24,427 bases of DNA from positions 1-24,427 of the IMG/VR virus record IMGVR_UViG_3300046058_000040; one strand, written 5' to 3'. The notes below the pieces were generated by a model that had not been told where the DNA came from, searched no databases, and saw only the letters and a list, made by a program, of their open reading frames with translations. The translations under genes and the position numbers were made by a program. Source of the DNA: a virus (lineage: Duplodnaviria > Caudoviricetes). Every line of letters begins with the position of its first letter. Within the stretch, counting starts at the first letter, position 1. Shown here one piece after another: positions 15,000-24,316 of this stretch.

Positions 15000-15614
15000 A
15001 TGCCCGTTATCGACAAGCGTGATACTATCAATAACCTTCACGTCGGCGGTTCCGACATCGGCGTGCAGGTACTCCTCTCCGACGCGGAAGCCCAGGAGGT
15101 ATACGGGTCGAACGCGAATGCGGGGTGGTATACCTTCGCCACGCTCGACGGTGGGTCCTTCGGGAACGAGGTAGACTCAGAGCGAGACAAGGACGAGGCA
15201 GGCCACTTCACCGGGAAGATCGTGAAAAGCAGCGATGAGTGGTTTATCGAGAACACGCTGAAGGAGAGTTCGGACGATGTTCTGCGGCTTCTGGAGCTTC
15301 TGGCCGGCTCCCCGCACCGCTATCGCTACGCGCTCCCGGCCGGGCGGAAGGAGTTCGACATGGACGGATCGGGGACGGTCGAGACCCACGATGCGCACCA
15401 GCTCTTCGGCTTCTACAACGGGCAGGTCCTGCCCGGCTTCGAGTTTCCTACGCAGGCCGGGGAAAAGCGGATGACGGACGTCGAGATTCGAGGGTCGAAG
15501 ACCGAGTCCACCCCGGGCTTCGTCTTCAAGACGGTGTACCTGGGCGACGACACCACCTGGCAGTACGTGGACGGAGACGACCTGAGCGACTTCCAGGATA
15601 GCGCCGCGCCGTAA
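15000..15614 (+). CDS. Major tail (tube) protein, siphovirus type
   Basis: 204 aa beta-rich acidic protein directly before the chaperone/frameshift and tape-measure genes; no sheath gene nearby. Assigned by synteny. Confidence 0.65.
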   Translation: MPVIDKRDTINNLHVGGSDIGVQVLLSDAEAQEVYGSNANAGWYTFATLDGGSFGNEVDSERDKDEAGHFTGKIVKSSDEWFIENTLKESSDDVLRLLELLAGSPHRYRYALPAGRKEFDMDGSGTVETHDAHQLFGFYNGQVLPGFEFPTQAGEKRMTDVEIRGSKTESTPGFVFKTVYLGDDTTWQYVDGDDLSDFQDSAAP

Positions 15615-15623
15615 CCGGGCGCT

Positions 15624-15660
15624 CATCGGTCATTTTCTCATTGATGCATTTTGAGGCATG
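15624..15660 (+). repeat. CATT array upstream of the tail chaperone gene
   Basis: CATC 15624, CATT 15631, 15639, 15647, CATG (start codon) 15657. Confidence 0.65.
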
Positions 15661-16089
15661 ACGGAAAAGCAGAGAGACCAGATCGAGGCGGCGACAGTCA
15701 CGGTGGGGCGAGCCAAACGGTTCTACGCGCTCCTCTGCGACCTGGACTTCGACGAGGCCTACGACGAGGCCCAGGCGGAGGCCGACGCGGAGGTGACCGG
15801 CGAGCCGACCGGCATCGCCGAGCAGGCGGCCCACGACGAGGGGGAAACGACGTCTGTGAAAGTCGCCCTCTCGATGACGGACGTGATGGATACGCTCATG
15901 CAAGAGGGCAAGCTGGAAGAGATGGCGGCCATCGTGCTTGAGGTCCCCGAGGGCATGGCGCCGGAGGAGGTGCCCGTGGAGAAGATTATCGAGGCGCTGC
16001 CGGATTTTATTCTCGCCTACGGGGGGCTTTTCGCCGCGCTCGTAGGCACCGGCTCCGCTACGGTATCGACGTCGAACGGAGCCGAGTAA
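15658..16089 (+). CDS. Tail assembly chaperone (lambda gpG analogue)
   Basis: Between the tail tube and tape measure genes; contains slippery G GAT TTT (16002-16008). Confidence 0.7.
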   Translation: MTEKQRDQIEAATVTVGRAKRFYALLCDLDFDEAYDEAQAEADAEVTGEPTGIAEQAAHDEGETTSVKVALSMTDVMDTLMQEGKLEEMAAIVLEVPEGMAPEEVPVEKIIEALPDFILAYGGLFAALVGTGSATVSTSNGAE

Positions 16090-16259
16090 GCAATCCCTTC
16101 CGCCAAAACCTCGGAGCCCTTGCCGCGGCGATGACGGAGGCGCTCGGCCTCAGCTACCTTGAGGTGATGGAGATGCCGCTGCAGAAAACGCTCTGCGCGA
16201 ACCTCGACGCGATCGAGGTCGCCAACCGGCGGGAAGAGGCACTCGACGATGACCTGTAA
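16002..16259 (+). CDS. -1 frameshift extension of the tail chaperone (gpGT analogue)
   Basis: The -1 frame is open from the slippery site to TAA 16257-16259: YSRLRGAFRRARRHRLRYGIDVERSRVSNPFRQNLGALAAAMTEALGLSYLEVMEMPLQKTLCANLDAIEVANRREEALDDDL*. Confidence 0.7.
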   Translation, partial: GFYSRLRGAFRRARRHRLRYGIDVERSRVSNPFRQNLGALAAAMTEALGLSYLEVMEMPLQKTLCANLDAIEVANRREEALDDDL

Positions 16260-16322
16260 GGGGCGCTGGTTCGGAATGGCCAGCTTACCAGTACCCAATA
16301 CTGAACACAAGGGTAGTTCTGA

Positions 16323-18302
16323 ATGGCATCCGCCGAGACGATTGTTTTCGAGGTCGAAGTCCAGACCGACGACACCGCGTCCCAGCAGCTGGGCGAGGTG
16401 GACGAGAGTGTCGACTCGCTGGAGCAGAGCTTCCAGGACCTCCAGCAACGGAGTGAGCTGACGGCGGAGGATCTGCAGAATGCAACGGTGACTTCCGCCC
16501 AGCAGGCGAGCCAATCTATGACCCAACTTGGCTCGTCTGCCAGCTCGGCAGCGACAAATCTTTCCTTCGAGCTGGTCCGGGCGAGTCAGGATGCCAGCCA
16601 CTCTATCGGCGCGGTCGCCAATCAAATCCCGCAGATGGCTGAGCAGTTTACTCAGCTGCGCAGTCAGACGGGCTCTACGCGTGGGGCGTTATCGGCCCTT
16701 GTGAGCACGATGACCGGCCCGACCGGTCTCCTTGCAGCCGGGACGCTTCTGGTGCAGTTCGGGCCGAAGCTCATCAGTTTTTTCACCGACACGGGAGAGG
16801 CTGCTCAGAACACCGAGGAGAAGGTTAACAAGGTCTCGGAGGCAGTCAGCTCGATCTTGGATGTCCAGGCGGGTCAGACCGAGAAGTTGGAGCTTGGTCT
16901 TGAAGAGGCGGGGCAGGCGATTGATGAAACAGAAACCAACATACAGGCGCTGGAGACGATTCTGGAGCGACTCCCGGAAAGCGGCACGGGTCTCGTTGAG
17001 CGGTTTGATGAGCTGGGGCCAGTGGCGAAAGAGCTGGTCCAGTCGCTTACGGAGCAGAGTGAGGGGCTGACGTTGTCGAGAGACCTCGTCCGCCAGCGCC
17101 TCACTGACGAAAAAGGGATTCGCAAAGACCTCGAAAAGCAGCGGAGCAAGCTTAAACAGCAGCTCCGTCTCCGTCGTCGCCTCAAAAAGCTCGGTGCCCA
17201 GTCGGGCGAAAGCCAGTCCGAGACGTTCCAGGACCTTCAGCAGCAGTACCAGGACCTCGTGTCCCAGCAGGAGCGCCTTCGGGAAAACTTTCCCGGCATT
17301 GTAGACCGCTCCCAGCAGTTCCAGAAGCGCATCGAGGCTACTCGGGAGGCGATGCGCACGCTTTCCGAGCAGGACATTGACGTAGACCAGTCTGAGATCC
17401 GGCAGCTTCGGCGTCGCCTGTCTCGGCTGGTTGTGTTGAAGCAAGAACTGGAGGCCCCACCTCAAGCCGAAGAGGTGCAAGCCGCCGAGCCGACGGCTGG
17501 CACCTCGATCGAGGATCAGCTTCAGGACGTAGAGCTCGCCGGCAGCGCGCGGGAGCTGGGGCGGCAGACGAAGGCGGAGGTTCAGGAGGGGGCAAGCTCC
17601 GGACTCGCCCGCGGCATCGCCCGCGGGGCCGAGCAAGGCCTTGTTAAGGGCCTTCAGCCGCTCTTTCAGCAGACGGAGAATGCGTTTTTCCAGGCCCTTA
17701 AACGAGCTTTGACCCGCGCGGCGGCGTCGGCCGCCGCAACGAAGCTGACCCAAGTGTTAGGCTCAGCTGAAGACAGCGATGGAGGGCAGGGGCAGGACGG
17801 CGGCATCTTTGGGTCTGTGGTTGAAGGGCTTTTGTCGGCCATATCTACTGCGGTCGTATCTGGTGCGGTGTTCGATGAAGGCGGATACACAGGCAGTGGC
17901 CCTCGGTCAGCACCGGCCGGCGTGGTCCACCGCGGGGAGTACGTCATGCCGAAAGAGGTGGTGGAGTCGATCGGGCTTCCCGTGATGCGAGCGATCCACG
18001 AGACTGGGGCCAAGCCGCCGACGAGGGCTGATCTGGAGCGCATTGCCGGTGTGCCTCAGTACGCGAGTGGCGGCCTTGTCCAGCGCGTGACGCAGCCAGC
18101 ACGGCCCGTTGGCGATGATGGGGGCGGCTCTGGCTCCTCGGCCGAGCTGATCCGGGAGGTACGGCGGTTGCGCGATGAGGTGAGCGAACAGACCGACCGC
18201 CTTGAAAGCGTCGAGCGCCGCGTCGTCGTGAGCCGGCGGGAGAGCCGGGACATTGTGGAGACGGGTGAAGCGGAGCGCAGTAGTAAAAATCCAAGTAGAT
18301 GA
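16323..18302 (+). CDS. Tape measure protein
   Basis: 659 aa, largely helical Ala/Gln/Glu-rich; lambda-H-like C-terminal motif FDEGGYTGSG....PAGVVHRGEYVMPKE and YASGGLV. Confidence 0.85.
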   Translation: MASAETIVFEVEVQTDDTASQQLGEVDESVDSLEQSFQDLQQRSELTAEDLQNATVTSAQQASQSMTQLGSSASSAATNLSFELVRASQDASHSIGAVANQIPQMAEQFTQLRSQTGSTRGALSALVSTMTGPTGLLAAGTLLVQFGPKLISFFTDTGEAAQNTEEKVNKVSEAVSSILDVQAGQTEKLELGLEEAGQAIDETETNIQALETILERLPESGTGLVERFDELGPVAKELVQSLTEQSEGLTLSRDLVRQRLTDEKGIRKDLEKQRSKLKQQLRLRRRLKKLGAQSGESQSETFQDLQQQYQDLVSQQERLRENFPGIVDRSQQFQKRIEATREAMRTLSEQDIDVDQSEIRQLRRRLSRLVVLKQELEAPPQAEEVQAAEPTAGTSIEDQLQDVELAGSARELGRQTKAEVQEGASSGLARGIARGAEQGLVKGLQPLFQQTENAFFQALKRALTRAAASAAATKLTQVLGSAEDSDGGQGQDGGIFGSVVEGLLSAISTAVVSGAVFDEGGYTGSGPRSAPAGVVHRGEYVMPKEVVESIGLPVMRAIHETGAKPPTRADLERIAGVPQYASGGLVQRVTQPARPVGDDGGGSGSSAELIREVRRLRDEVSEQTDRLESVERRVVVSRRESRDIVETGEAERSSKNPSR

Positions 18303-18308
18303 TAGCCG

Positions 18309-20267
18309 ATGGCGGTTCCCACAACCCTTGAGCTTCAAAACGTACAGAGCGGAGCCTCCGAGGAACTCGGAGACGATAAGGTCACGATTCGCACCGTTGA
18401 GACCGACGATCGTATCCGCGATCTTCAGACGGAGAAAGGAGACGTGCGGGTCGAGGTGACATCTGGCCTCTTTGGTTGGAGCGCCTTGTCGGACGTGCCG
18501 GACTCGGAGCGGTACCGGGCGCGGCTCACTTCGATGGGGAGCGTGATATTCAACGGCGTGCTGCGCACCCGCGACGTGACGTTCTTCAAGGGCCGCGAGA
18601 CGTTTCTTCTGCGTCTCACGACCGATGCCGTCGAGCAGCTGGAGGACTCCGAGCTCTTCGTCCGAGAAGAAATTCTGGCGGAGACGGACACCTCGACCGA
18701 CCCGACCGATTTTCCAATCACAACCGAGCGTACTCCAGCCCTCACCCGACCAGGTAAGCGCAACCACGACGTCACAGAGGTCGTGACTACGGTACGCGGA
18801 TATGAGCCTTACGAGCTGATGGACTATCTGCTCGGCCGGCTCGTGACAAACGGCGTGATTTCGGGCTACACCATTCCGGATGCGGCTTGGTTTTCGATTA
18901 AAGTCGGGTTCCCGTCCACCACGCGGATGCTGTGCACGCCCCCAGGTAATGACGTGGCCGAGACGGTGCTTGCCCTTGCCAACTTGTTCGGATGGCGCCT
19001 CTCGGTGCGGCATGTCGGGTATCCGGCTGACGATATGGAGCTTAAGTTTCGGGCCTTGGACGCGGACTCTGAAGCCAATCCGCTGCCTCAGCGGCTCAAT
19101 GAGGCGGAAGAACTGACGATTGTTGACCGCAGCTCGCGAGGCGTTCAGTACGACCAGGCCACCACCCCGACGCAGCAGCCGCGTGATCAAGCGCTTCAGG
19201 CCAACGACAAGCGCACCTACTTTCTGGAGGCGCGCCCGCCGGTGCACAAGGCGGCTGGCCTTCCGGAGTGGAGCGCCGCACCGTCGCTTCCGCCCCGCAC
19301 CGACCTCGCGTCTCCGGTGATAGTGTTTGAGGAGGCCGATCCGAAGGAGTTTCGGGCAGAGATGGAGACGCTCGATTACAATCACGCCCCGATCGTGGTG
19401 GTCAATACCGCGGAGAAGAACGGGGACTTGGTGCCCTACGGACTCCTCGACCCCGGCACCAGCGGAGGTGGGCAGACTGGCTCTTTCAGCACCGCCGGCC
19501 TCCTCTGGTCGTACACACTCGACGAAGCGGGCCCGTATTTCACCGCCCGTGATCCAGAGGCGCACGCGGTCTTTTGCCGGCGGGACGAAGATAGCTTCGA
19601 CTACGTGCAAAACTCAAGCTGGATCACCGGTCCCTTCTACAATCGCCAGGAGGAGCGGGGCGTGCTGGAGCGGATCGACGTTCAGTTAGCCGAGCGCATC
19701 TCGATTTTCGACACAGACCTCGAATACGTGCCGCGGCGGGTCCAGTTTGACATCGATACGCAGTCGACCCGCTTGGAGGGCCGAAAAGTGCGGTCCAGTC
19801 CGGTAACGCCCGCAACCCCACAGGACAACCCCGACCGTTGGGTTCCGATGCAGCGCAACGGCCGTATCATCCCGGATGAGGGAGGCCACAACGACTACCG
19901 GTGGTTTCAGCTTTGGTGGGACCGGTCTCCGACCCGATTCGCGAAGGAGGTGCTTTACGAGGTGCAAATGAAAGCCACGAGCGACTCGGGCTACTCGGTC
20001 GTTAACGGGGGCAGCACGGGGACTTGGTACTACGTGCTTCCGCCACGGTATCCGTTGCAGCAGGACCCGCGAGACGAGTTCAACACATCCCATCCGGAGC
20101 ATCGGCACTACGTCTGGGCGACGGCCGTCGACCTCCAGAATCCCTTTGACCAAGCGCCCGACCAGCGGGGCGAGGTCAAGGTCCGGATGCGATGCGTGGA
20201 CGAGGACGGCAATCGCGGCAACTGGGTGAAAGACGACTTCTACGGCCTCGCCGACAAGCAAGAATAG
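18309..20267 (+). CDS. Putative tail tip/hub protein
   Basis: 652 aa beta-rich ORF directly after the tape measure gene, with a possible Ig/FN3-like C-terminus; family not recognised. Confidence 0.55.
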   Translation: MAVPTTLELQNVQSGASEELGDDKVTIRTVETDDRIRDLQTEKGDVRVEVTSGLFGWSALSDVPDSERYRARLTSMGSVIFNGVLRTRDVTFFKGRETFLLRLTTDAVEQLEDSELFVREEILAETDTSTDPTDFPITTERTPALTRPGKRNHDVTEVVTTVRGYEPYELMDYLLGRLVTNGVISGYTIPDAAWFSIKVGFPSTTRMLCTPPGNDVAETVLALANLFGWRLSVRHVGYPADDMELKFRALDADSEANPLPQRLNEAEELTIVDRSSRGVQYDQATTPTQQPRDQALQANDKRTYFLEARPPVHKAAGLPEWSAAPSLPPRTDLASPVIVFEEADPKEFRAEMETLDYNHAPIVVVNTAEKNGDLVPYGLLDPGTSGGGQTGSFSTAGLLWSYTLDEAGPYFTARDPEAHAVFCRRDEDSFDYVQNSSWITGPFYNRQEERGVLERIDVQLAERISIFDTDLEYVPRRVQFDIDTQSTRLEGRKVRSSPVTPATPQDNPDRWVPMQRNGRIIPDEGGHNDYRWFQLWWDRSPTRFAKEVLYEVQMKATSDSGYSVVNGGSTGTWYYVLPPRYPLQQDPRDEFNTSHPEHRHYVWATAVDLQNPFDQAPDQRGEVKVRMRCVDEDGNRGNWVKDDFYGLADKQE

Positions 20268-20669
20268 CTACAGTTGAATCTGAAGGGCAACCGTAACTCC
20301 TGCTTTTGATGGTGCTAAGTGCAAGCTCATCCTGTGATTTTGATTCGCCCGGCGCGCAGCATTGGGTGCGTCGAACACGGAATACATCCACGAGGCGAGC
20401 AACATTCCTGCGCCCGCGTACAGCGGGAAACTGTTTTTTCGTCCAGAGTCAAGCCATAGATAACGACCCAGCGCAAAACTTCCTGGGCCGGCAACCCACA
20501 AGCCAACCGCCCGAACGGGCTCCCCGGCGTAGAAATGACCGCCACCGAGGACGACGGTGCCATAGACGGCCGCGAGCGCCGGGTCTTTTTGATCCGCATT
20601 TGTGCTGTCCTGGCCATGTGCGGAGCCAGGCAGCATCACAACAAATAAAGCGACCAAAATCGACCGCAT
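20268..20669 (-). CDS. Membrane/exported protein (moron; TM2/DUF5683-like)
   Basis: Signal peptide, KDPALAA..G.V..GGGHFYAG motif, further hydrophobic segments, C-terminal VALQIQL strand; antisense within the tail operon. Confidence 0.65.
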   Translation of the reverse strand: MRSILVALFVVMLPGSAHGQDSTNADQKDPALAAVYGTVVLGGGHFYAGEPVRAVGLWVAGPGSFALGRYLWLDSGRKNSFPLYAGAGMLLASWMYSVFDAPNAARRANQNHRMSLHLAPSKAGVTVALQIQL

Positions 20670-20772
20670 CGCTCAGGCGAGTTCAGGAAGTAGAATGCGT
20701 AAACATTTCATAGCGTCATAACGAGCCATCCAACTGACTGGTCCACCCCGCATCAACGGCTGGGAGGCGCCC

Positions 20773-21189
20773 ATGCCCAGCTATCAGACGCCCCTGGACG
20801 CGGCCTTTCGCCGCGACAGCGATCTGGAGACGCCTGTAACGTACCGCGACGGATCTACCCGGCGCGTCGGCCCGCGCCACTACCGGCTACAGATGCGGAT
20901 GGGCTGGGAGGCCCTCTCCTACGCCCTGGCGCACGCGATCCTGAGTGAGGTGTCGCAGGACCCGATCACGCTCGTGCCGCGGACGAAGCAGCCCTCCGAC
21001 CCGAGCTACCTGTCTGAGCACAGCTACGACTGCGAGCTTGTGAGCGACCTGCCCGCGTCCGCGCCGCTGCATAGGAGGAACGCCAGTGGTGAAAGCCTAG
21101 CCCGGCTGGAGATAGAGCTGCGCGCCCTTGATACCGTGAGTGAACTGCCGGACGCGTTTGACGGCGGCGTCGAGCAGGTCACGCCCTGA
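20773..21189 (+). CDS. Putative minor/distal tail protein
   Basis: 138 aa with a beta pattern (YRLQMRMGWEALS, ITLVP, LEIEL) like small distal-tail proteins; position-based call. Confidence 0.45.
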   Translation: MPSYQTPLDAAFRRDSDLETPVTYRDGSTRRVGPRHYRLQMRMGWEALSYALAHAILSEVSQDPITLVPRTKQPSDPSYLSEHSYDCELVSDLPASAPLHRRNASGESLARLEIELRALDTVSELPDAFDGGVEQVTP

Positions 21190-21212
21190 CCCTCAACTAT
21201 TTTCTGAATCCG

Positions 21213-21752
21213 ATGAGCACGGACTTGAATCAGCTGGCCCCGTGGGGCGATGCCCGCCTCGACAAGGTGGAGGACGTGAGCGTGACGTTCCAGGGGCAGA
21301 CCTACAGCTGGACAACGCACGAACTGGCCCCGGCCGTGATCGCGGCCAGTCGGGCCAAGCGGCTCTCTGAGACGGAGCTGGAGGTGTTTACGTCGCCGGA
21401 CCCGGACCCGCAGGACACCATCGCCCCGACTCTTTCTAATCCGACGGGTACGGCCACCGGTGAGACAACCGCTCAGGGCAGCGTCGACACCGACGAAGCG
21501 GATGGCGTCCTGTATTGGGTCGTGACGACCTCACAGGCGGCCCCTAGTGCCCAGCAGGTCGCTGACGGCGAGAACGACGGTGGGAACACCGCCGCGGCGG
21601 CGGGGGCGAGGCTGGTGGGCCCGGTCGGCACGCAGGGCATCGCGGTCGAGGGGCTTTCCGGCTCGACGACCTACTACCTTCACTACATGCAGGAGGATGA
21701 GGCGGGGAGCCGATCCTCGGTCGCCTCCAGCGCCTCCATTACGACCACTTAG
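21213..21752 (+). CDS. Virion protein with a C-terminal FN3/Ig-like domain
   Basis: DTIAPTLS...LYWVV...GLSGSTTYYLHYMQEDEAG pattern typical of FN3-like domains. Confidence 0.65.
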   Translation: MSTDLNQLAPWGDARLDKVEDVSVTFQGQTYSWTTHELAPAVIAASRAKRLSETELEVFTSPDPDPQDTIAPTLSNPTGTATGETTAQGSVDTDEADGVLYWVVTTSQAAPSAQQVADGENDGGNTAAAAGARLVGPVGTQGIAVEGLSGSTTYYLHYMQEDEAGSRSSVASSASITTT

Positions 21753-21770
21753 AACCAGATAGATTCTGCC

Positions 21771-24155
21771 ATGGCCTCACGAAACGTGTACAGCCCTAGC
21801 TACGACGACGAGGGGAACCCGAAGCCGTCGATCCCCGAGTTGGCACATGAGATTGAGACTGCAGTGAACTCAGCCGTCGCAAACGTCGAGGCGGCCGAGA
21901 GCGATGCTTTGCAGGCAATCAGCGATTCAGAAAACTCAGCCGTCAGTACGGTCGACAATCTCGTGCTGGACGCTCAGGATGCTCGCTCTGATGCTAAGGG
22001 CTTCCGTGACGATGCGGAGAGCTACCGTGCCGGCGCCGAACGCGCCCGTGATGTGGCTGTAGGCGCCAGTAACGACGCGGAGCAGACGGCAAAGGACATC
22101 GGGGCAATAGGGGCGGTGGACGATACGGTGCAGACCACGGGCGACCTCCCGGCGTCAAACGGAGACGACTCGGTGGTCTATGTCTTGGACCAGTCCCAGT
22201 ACTACCAAGACACGGGGGCTGGGTCTACCCAAGGCGGATGGGAACCGATTGGGCCACGCATCTCGCTTTCGGTGACGCAGGTGGGCAACATCGCCTCGAT
22301 GCCAGCGAGCGCCGACGCGAAGGTGTTCAGTCCGGCCAATTTTGTCGATTTCGAGACCGCGGTGCAAAATGCACACGACTACGCGAAGAATAACGGTGGG
22401 GGCGTGGTCGAGGTGCCCAAAGACCAGCTCCCCTACAACGGGGGCGCGGTCACCTTTGACAGCTCGGTCGAGATGGTCGAGGAGCTGACCTCAGATTACG
22501 ACGTGCAGGTGCAGGCCTACGGGGGGTCGGTCGCCGATGCGCTCGCGGCAAAAGATCCCGACGTATCCGAGAAGTATCCAGGCGTGGTGAAAGCGAAATG
22601 GTGGATTTCGTCCGGGGATGGCACGCCAGCAGCCCCCTATGAGGATGGCACCGGGACGGCAGGCATTAAGCCAGCAATCAACTATTTGCAGCATGAGGCC
22701 CGCGGCGGCAAGATCATTTTGCCACGCGGCCTGTCGCGCATGACAGGGACTGTGACGCTTGATGGATACCCCTTCCTTGTCGAGGGGCACGGTCGCCCTC
22801 GCTCATGGAACGAGTTCGACGAGGATGATGTGCCCACAAAGATTGTGCACGAACCATCCACCGCGGACAACGACGCCATCCGCGTTGCGGGGCTTACGAA
22901 ATCGTGTAAGGGCACCCGCTTTCGGGACTTCGGGCTGGAGAGCGCGAATACCAATTCTAGAGATGGGATTTTTCTCGACGGGCAGGATAACACAGGTCGT
23001 TACGGGGACACAAAAACGTGGAACCCCAACGACATTGTGTTCGATAACGTGATGGTTTCCGAATTTAACTACGGGGTTTCCGGGCTGGGGACTATTTTTC
23101 ACATCAATCACCACAACTGCTGGTTAACTCGGAATCAGCACGGCCTACACTATGAGGGCGTAAAAAATCGTGGAGGTCCAATCAGCCAAATACGATGTAC
23201 AGGACAAGGCTATTGTAATGGTGGGGGCGCTGATTATGGGCTGTATATATCATCCAACGACATATATGTGTCAGGTTGGGGAACCACGGGGAATGACGTC
23301 GGCATGCATTTTAATACCATCCACGCCGTAATTAGTAAGGTACACTCAGAAGCAGATAAAAGTGCGTCTATTGTCTTAGACTCTGCTGCAAATAAAGCGC
23401 ACACGCTAGTCGAAGGATCAAAAATAAGTGGGGCTGATATTGGCATAAGCGTTTTAAGTGGAGACAAGGTGTCCGTGAAAAAGTCTATTGTAGGCGCCGA
23501 TACGACGGCGGTAGATTTAACGGATTCAAATCAAAGTTTATTGGTTCGGGATGGTAGCTCGGATTTTAAAGCCCCAATTCAGGAGAAGAGTGGGTGGTCC
23601 CAAGTCGTGTACCCAACGGGGCTAAAGTATGCAGAGGGAACAGGCACTATTCCTGCAGGCGTCACGCTTCGCATCGAAGCAGCGAAACAAAGAGTCAAGG
23701 GAAGGGGCCCACTACTAAGCTGGACACCAGCAGACGCAGAAACCAGCGATCACAAGATTGCAAAAGATCGTGTTCAATTTGATGATGGAAACCGGTTGAA
23801 CGTCGTCTGGGAGCTTACCGAGCGCACTGGCCAAGAACCTCTGGACATAGACTGGACGCTTTGGCTCACTGACTTTCGTAATACGGTGTTTTCCAGCTTT
23901 CGAGTCAACACCGGAACAGCAGTACAAACGGAAACGAGCGGGCAGGCCACGCTCAGCAGCGGGAGCACGTCGGTCACGGTCTCGCACGGCCTCGACGTGA
24001 CGCCCGACCCGGAGGACATTCGCGTCAATGCGCTCGGCGACCTTGGGGCGGCCAGCTACTACTACATCACCAATGTCGGTGCGTCGAGCTTCGACATCAA
24101 CGTCGACGCCGACCCGGGGCAGAATGTCGATTTCGCCTGGGGGGCGGAGGTTTAA
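21771..24155 (+). CDS. Tailspike/receptor-binding protein with a pectate-lyase-like beta-helix (putative depolymerase)
   Basis: N-terminal coiled coil; GIKPAINYL...GGKIILPRG beta-helix entry motif; Asn/Gly/Ile-rich rungs; C-terminal beta-sandwich (SGQATLSSGSTSVTVSHGL..TP). Confidence 0.8.
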   Translation: MASRNVYSPSYDDEGNPKPSIPELAHEIETAVNSAVANVEAAESDALQAISDSENSAVSTVDNLVLDAQDARSDAKGFRDDAESYRAGAERARDVAVGASNDAEQTAKDIGAIGAVDDTVQTTGDLPASNGDDSVVYVLDQSQYYQDTGAGSTQGGWEPIGPRISLSVTQVGNIASMPASADAKVFSPANFVDFETAVQNAHDYAKNNGGGVVEVPKDQLPYNGGAVTFDSSVEMVEELTSDYDVQVQAYGGSVADALAAKDPDVSEKYPGVVKAKWWISSGDGTPAAPYEDGTGTAGIKPAINYLQHEARGGKIILPRGLSRMTGTVTLDGYPFLVEGHGRPRSWNEFDEDDVPTKIVHEPSTADNDAIRVAGLTKSCKGTRFRDFGLESANTNSRDGIFLDGQDNTGRYGDTKTWNPNDIVFDNVMVSEFNYGVSGLGTIFHINHHNCWLTRNQHGLHYEGVKNRGGPISQIRCTGQGYCNGGGADYGLYISSNDIYVSGWGTTGNDVGMHFNTIHAVISKVHSEADKSASIVLDSAANKAHTLVEGSKISGADIGISVLSGDKVSVKKSIVGADTTAVDLTDSNQSLLVRDGSSDFKAPIQEKSGWSQVVYPTGLKYAEGTGTIPAGVTLRIEAAKQRVKGRGPLLSWTPADAETSDHKIAKDRVQFDDGNRLNVVWELTERTGQEPLDIDWTLWLTDFRNTVFSSFRVNTGTAVQTETSGQATLSSGSTSVTVSHGLDVTPDPEDIRVNALGDLGAASYYYITNVGASSFDINVDADPGQNVDFAWGAEV

Positions 24156-24316
24156 CGCTGCTGCGATCATTTTACCTCGCGTGTCATCTCGTTTCATTTC
24201 GTCTGTCACGCTACATACATTCGCCCCGCTCAGAAAATTTCCCACATATTCCCCACAGAGCTTCATTTCTGTGCATCTGCGTGCAATTCGGGAGCACGGC
24301 GGCCAAAATAGAGAAT

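Larger units (their letters stand above)
1..24215 (+). mobile_element. Mu-like (transposable-phage type) prophage, late/morphogenesis region; left part lies outside the window
   Basis: Mu-like synteny: gp16-Mor-lysis-gp25-gp26-gp27-gp28-gp29-F-G-I-capsid-gp35-gp36-gp37, then siphovirus-like tail genes. The right boundary is inferred from a ...CGCTACA end 60 bp after the last tail gene. Confidence 0.9.

Noticed and set aside
21771-24155. Diversity-generating retroelement or invertible tail-fibre segment
   Set aside because: No reverse transcriptase, template repeat, invertase or flanking inverted repeats seen in the window.
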